A DNA stretch of 64,000 nucleotides from the human T2T-CHM13v2.0 reference genome, Homo sapiens: NCBI RefSeq assembly GCF_009914755.1, contig NC_060925.1. One strand, 5' to 3'. Numbering within the stretch: the stretch's first letter is position 1; each line of letters begins with the position of its first letter. Under the pieces are notes generated by a model. That model did not search any database. It was given only the letters and a program-made list of their open reading frames with translations, and had not been told where the DNA came from. Below, piece after piece: positions 59,501-64,000 of this stretch. The position numbers and the translations under genes were made by a program.

Positions 59501-62500
59501 AATCAACATCGAATGAATCAAATGGAAACACCATCGAATTGAAACGAATGGAATTACCATGAAATTGAAATGGATGGACTCATCCTCAAATGGATTCGAG
59601 TGGAATCATCGAATAAAATTGATTGAAATCATCATCGAATGGAATCGAATGGTATCATTGAATGGAATCGAATGGAATCATCATCAGATGGAAATGAAAG
59701 GAATCGTCATAGAATGGAATCGAATGGATTCATTGAATGGAATCAGATGGAATCATTGAATGGACTGGAATGGAATCATTGAATGGACTCGAAAGGGATC
59801 ATTATTGAATGGAATTGAATGGAATCATCGAATGGTCTCGATTGGAATCATTATCAAATGGAATCGAATGGAATCACCGAATATAATCGAATGGAACAAT
59901 CATCGAATGGACTCAAATGGAATTATCCTCTAATGGAATTGAATGGAATTATCGAATGCAATCGAATGGAATTATCGAATGCAATCGAATAGAATCATCG
60001 AATGGACTCGAATGGAATCATCGAATGGAATGGAATGGAACAGTCAATGAACTCGAATGGAATCATCATTGAATGGAATCGAATGGAATCATCGAGTGGA
60101 ATCGAATGTAATCATCATCAAATGGAATCAAAAATAACCATCATCAAATGGAATCAAAAATAACCATCATCAATTGGTATTGAATGGAATTCTCATCAAA
60201 TGGAATTCAAAGGAATCATCATCAAATGGAACCGAATGGAATCCTCATTGAATGGAAATGAAAGGGGTCATCATCTAATGGAATCGCAAGGAATCATCAT
60301 AAAATGGAATCGAATGGAATCAACATCAAATGGAATCAAATGGAATCATTGAACGGAATTGAATGGAATCGTCATCGAATGAATTGAAAGCAATCATCGA
60401 ATGGTCTCGAATGGAATCATCTTCAAATGGAATGGAATGGAATCATCGCATAGAATCGAAAGGAATTATCATCGAATGGAATCGAATGGAATCAACACCA
60501 AACGGAAAAAAACGGAATTATCGAATGGAATCGAAGAGAATCATCGAATGGACCCGAATGGAATCATCTAATGGAATGGAATGGAATAATCCATGGACTC
60601 GAATGCAATCATCATCGAATGGAATCGAATGGAATCATCCAATGGACTCGAATGGAATAATCATTGAACGGAATCGAATGGAATCATCATCGGATGGAAA
60701 TGAATGGAATCATCATCGAATGGAATCGAATAGAATTATGGAATGAAATCCAGTGTGATCATCATCGAATGGACCCGAATGGAATCATCATCCAACGGAT
60801 GCTAATGGAATCAACATCGAATGAATTAAATGGAAACACCATCGAATTGAAACGAATGGAATTACCATGAAATTGAAATGGATGGACTCATCATCGAATG
60901 GATTCGAAAGGAATCATCGAATAAAATTGATTGAAATCATCATCGAATGGAATCGAATGGTATCATTGAATGGAATCGAATGGAATCATCATCAGATGGA
61001 AATGAATGGAATCGTCATAGAATGGAATCGAATGGATTCATTGAATGGAATCAGATGGAATCATCGAATGGACTGGAATGGAATCATTGAATGGACTCGA
61101 AAGAGATCATGATTGAATGGAATTGAATAGAATCATCGAATGGTCTCGATTGGAATCATTATCAAATGGAATCGAATGGAATCACCGAATAGAATCGAAT
61201 GGAACAATCATCGAATGGACTCAAATGGAATTATCCTCCAATGGAATCGAATGGAATTATCGAATGCAATCGAATGGAATTATCGAATGCAATCGAATAG
61301 AATCATCGAATGGACTCGAATGGAATCATCGAATGGAATGGAATGGAACAGTCAATGAACTCGAATGGAATCATCATTGAATGGAATCATCGAGTGGAAT
61401 CGAAAGGAATTATGATCAAATGGAATCGAACGTAATCATCATCAAATGGAATCAAAAATAACCATCATCAATTGGTATTGAATGGAATTGTCATCAAATG
61501 GAATTCAAAGGAATCATCATCAAATGGAACCGAATGGAATCCTCATTGAATGGAAATGAAAGGGGTCATCATCTAATGGAATCGCATGGAATCATCATCA
61601 AATGGAATCGAATGGAATCATCATCAAATGGAATCTAATGGAATCATTGAAAAGAATTGAAGGGAGTCGTCATCAAATGAATTGAATGCAATCATCGAAT
61701 GGTCTCGAATGGAATCATCTTCTAATGGAAAGGACTGGAATCATCGCATAGAATCGAATGGAATTATCATCGAATGGAATCGAATGGTATCAACACCAAA
61801 CGGAAAAAAACGGAATTATCGAATGGAATCGAAGAGAATCTTCGAACGGACCCGAATGGAATCATCTAATGGAATGGAATGGAATAATCCATGGACTCGA
61901 ATGCAATCATCATCGAATGGAATCGAATGGAATCATCGAATGGACTCGAATGGAATAATCATTGAACGGAATCGAATGGAATCATCATCGGATGGAAACG
62001 AATGGAATCATCATCGAATGGAAATGTAAGGAGTCATCATCTAATGGAATTGCATGGAATCATCATAAAATGGAATCGAATGGAATCAACATCAAATGGA
62101 ATCAAATGGAATCATTGAACGGAATTGAATGGAATCGTCATCGAATGAATTGAATGCAATCATCGAATGGTCTCGAATGGAATCATCTTCAAATGGAATG
62201 GAATGGAATCATCGCATAGAATCGAATGGAATTATCATCGAATGGAATCGAATGGAATCAACATCAAACAGAAAAAAACGGAATTATCGAATGGAATCGA
62301 AGAGAATCATCGAATGGACCCGAATGGAATCATCTAATAGAATGGAATGGAATAATCCATGGACTCGAATGCAATCATCATCGAATGGAATCGAATGGAA
62401 TCATCGAATGGACTCGAATGGAATAATCATTGAACGGAATCGAATGGAATCATCATCGGATGGAAATGAATGGAATCATCATCGAATGGAATCGAATAGA

Positions 62501-63188
62501 ATTATGGAATGAAATCCAGTGTGATCATCATCGAATGGACCCGAATGGAATCATCATCCAACGGAAGCTAATGGAATCAACATCGAATGAATCGAATGGA
62601 AACACCATCGAATTGAAACGAATGGAATTATCATGAAATTGAAATGGATGGACTCATCATCGAATGGATTCGAATGGAATCATCGAATAAAATTGATTGA
62701 AATCATCATCGAATGGTATCGAATGGTATCATTGAATGGAATCGAATGGAATCATCATCAGATGGAAATGAATGGAATCGTCATAGAATGGAATCGAATG
62801 GATTCATTGAATGGAATCAGATGGAATCATCGAATGGACTGGAATGGAATCATTGAATGGACTCGAAAGGGATCATTATTGAATGGAATTGAATGGAATC
62901 ATTGAATGGTCTCGATTGGAATCATTATCAAATGGAATCGAATGGAATCACCGAATAGAATCGAATGGAACAATCATCGAATGGACTCAAATGGAATTAT
63001 CCTCAAATGGAATCGAATGGAATTATCGAATGCAATCGAATGGAATTATCGAATGCAATCGAATAGAATCATCGAATGGACTCGAATGGAATCATCGAAT
63101 GGAATGGAATGGAACAGTCAATGAACTCGAATGGAATCATCATTGAATGGAATCGAATGGAATCATCGAGTGGAATCGAATGGAATTA
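53524..63188 (+). repeat. 4408-bp higher-order repeat (1334+1308+1766 bp), ~2.2 copies
   Basis: The ORF pattern repeats at +4408 (53817/58225/62633; 54647/59055; 55955/60363; 57274/61682). Shared rare variants include tggtatcgaatggtatc, gaagggagtcgtc, ggactgg, gaaagagatc and ggatgcta. Confidence 0.94.
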
Positions 63189-64000
63189 CGATCAAATGGA
63201 ATCGAATGTAATCATCATCAAATGGAATCAAAAATAACCATCATCAATTGGTATTGAATGGAATTCTCATCAAATGGAATTCAAAGGAATCATCATCAAA
63301 TGGAACTGAATGGAATCCTCATTGAATGGAAATGAAAGGGGTCATCATCTAATGGAATCGCATGGAATCATCATCAAATGGAATCGAATGGAATCATCAT
63401 CAAATGGAATCTGATGGAATCATTGAACAGAATTGAATGGAATCGTCATCGAATGAATTGAATGCAATCATCAAATGGTCTCGAATGTAATCACATTCTA
63501 ATGGAAAGGAATGGAATCATCGCATAGAATAGAATGGAATTAACATTGAATGGACTCGAATGGAATCTACATCAAACGGAATCAAGCGGAATTATTGAAT
63601 GGAATCGAAGAGAATCATCGAATGGTCTCGAATGGAATCATCTTCTAATGGAAAGGAATGGAATCATCTCATAGAATCGAATGGAATTAACATTGAATGG
63701 ACTCGAATGGAATCAACATCAAATGGAATCAAGCGGAATTATCGAATGAAATCGAAGAGAATCATCGAATGGACTCGAATGGAATCATCTAATGGAATGG
63801 AATGGAATAATCCACGGACTCGAATGCAATCATCATCGTATAGAATCGAATGGAATCATCGAAAGGACTCGAATGGAATAACCATTGAACGGAATCGAAT
63901 GGAATCATCATCGGATGGAAACGAATGGAATCATCATCGAATGGAAATGAAAGGAGTCATCATCTAATGGAATTGCATGGAATCATCATAAAATGGAATC
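63189..64000 (+). repeat. Diverged HSat2 variant containing a 147-bp tandem duplication (~63474-63767)
   Basis: High density of differences from the window consensus. The A7 tract is replaced by ggaatcaagcgg. aatggtctcg occurs at 63474 and 63621, and cattgaatggactc at 63544 and 63691 (offset 147). Confidence 0.85.

Larger units (their letters stand above)
1..64000 (+). repeat. HSATII: Human Satellite II (HSat2/HSATII) pericentromeric tandem array, GGAAT strand on +, no inversion in window
   Basis: The entire sequence consists of GAATGGAATC / ATCATCGAATGG motifs (reverse complement CATTCGATTC, the HSat2 signature) with dense TCGA sites and 23/26-bp subunits. No CATTC-strand block or unique sequence was seen. 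Confidence 0.98.

Noticed and set aside
141-63967. Several hundred short + strand ORFs (MESSSNE..., MELSSNG..., MKLKWMD...)
   Set aside because: These are low-complexity translations of GAATGGAATC (ATG-rich), overlapping in all three frames, repeated with the satellite period and freely broken by stops and frameshifts. They show no recognisable domain.
1-64000. CRISPR-like repeat/spacer periodicity of 23-26 bp
   Set aside because: There are no unique spacers, no leader and no cas genes. All intervening sequence is the same degenerate satellite.
1-64000. HSat3 / (GGAAT)n simple repeat, or telomeric/alpha satellite
   Set aside because: Pure GGAAT runs are only about three pentamers long and CATCATCGAATGG-type HSat2 motifs dominate. 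There is no 171-bp period or TTAGGG.
1-64000. Transposon insertion, inversion or foreign/unique sequence hidden in the array
   Set aside because: Unit spacings are fully accounted for by satellite-internal indels. No CATTC-strand block, poly(A) tail, or Alu/L1-like sequence was seen on reading.

Overview
The whole 64 kb window is one uninterrupted, single-orientation array of human Satellite II (HSat2/HSATII; GGAAT-strand on +, built from GAATG/GAATC pentamer derivatives arranged as 23- and 26-bp subunits such as ATCATCGAATGGAATCGAATGGA). Its dominant period is 1776 bp with one EcoRI site per unit, matching the classical 1.77-kb chromosome 1q12 satellite (D1Z1/pUC1.77; the chromosome assignment is inference). 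I see no genes, RNA genes, transposons or CRISPR, and all listed ORFs are translation by-products of the satellite. I found no novel gene system. The informative content is the array's architecture. (i) The 1776-bp unit is 1308 bp plus an internal 468-bp tandem duplication. (ii) About 1-28.5 kb is a homogeneous 1776/1777-bp domain with SNP-defined 3552/3553-bp duplications. (iii) About 28.5-41.3 kb is structurally rearranged (units of 1307, 1707, 1282, 1707, 1282, 1995, 1753 and 1753 bp) and includes a 2989-bp tandem duplication with a breakpoint resolvable to about 5 bp. (iv) About 41.3-53.3 kb returns to mostly 1776-bp units with more private variants. (v) About 53.5-63.2 kb is a 4408-bp three-unit higher-order repeat. 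(vi) The last ~0.8 kb switches to a diverged, ancestral-looking HSat2 variant. Unit lengths come from the ORF-track coordinates; SNP comparisons were done by eye and are not exhaustive.
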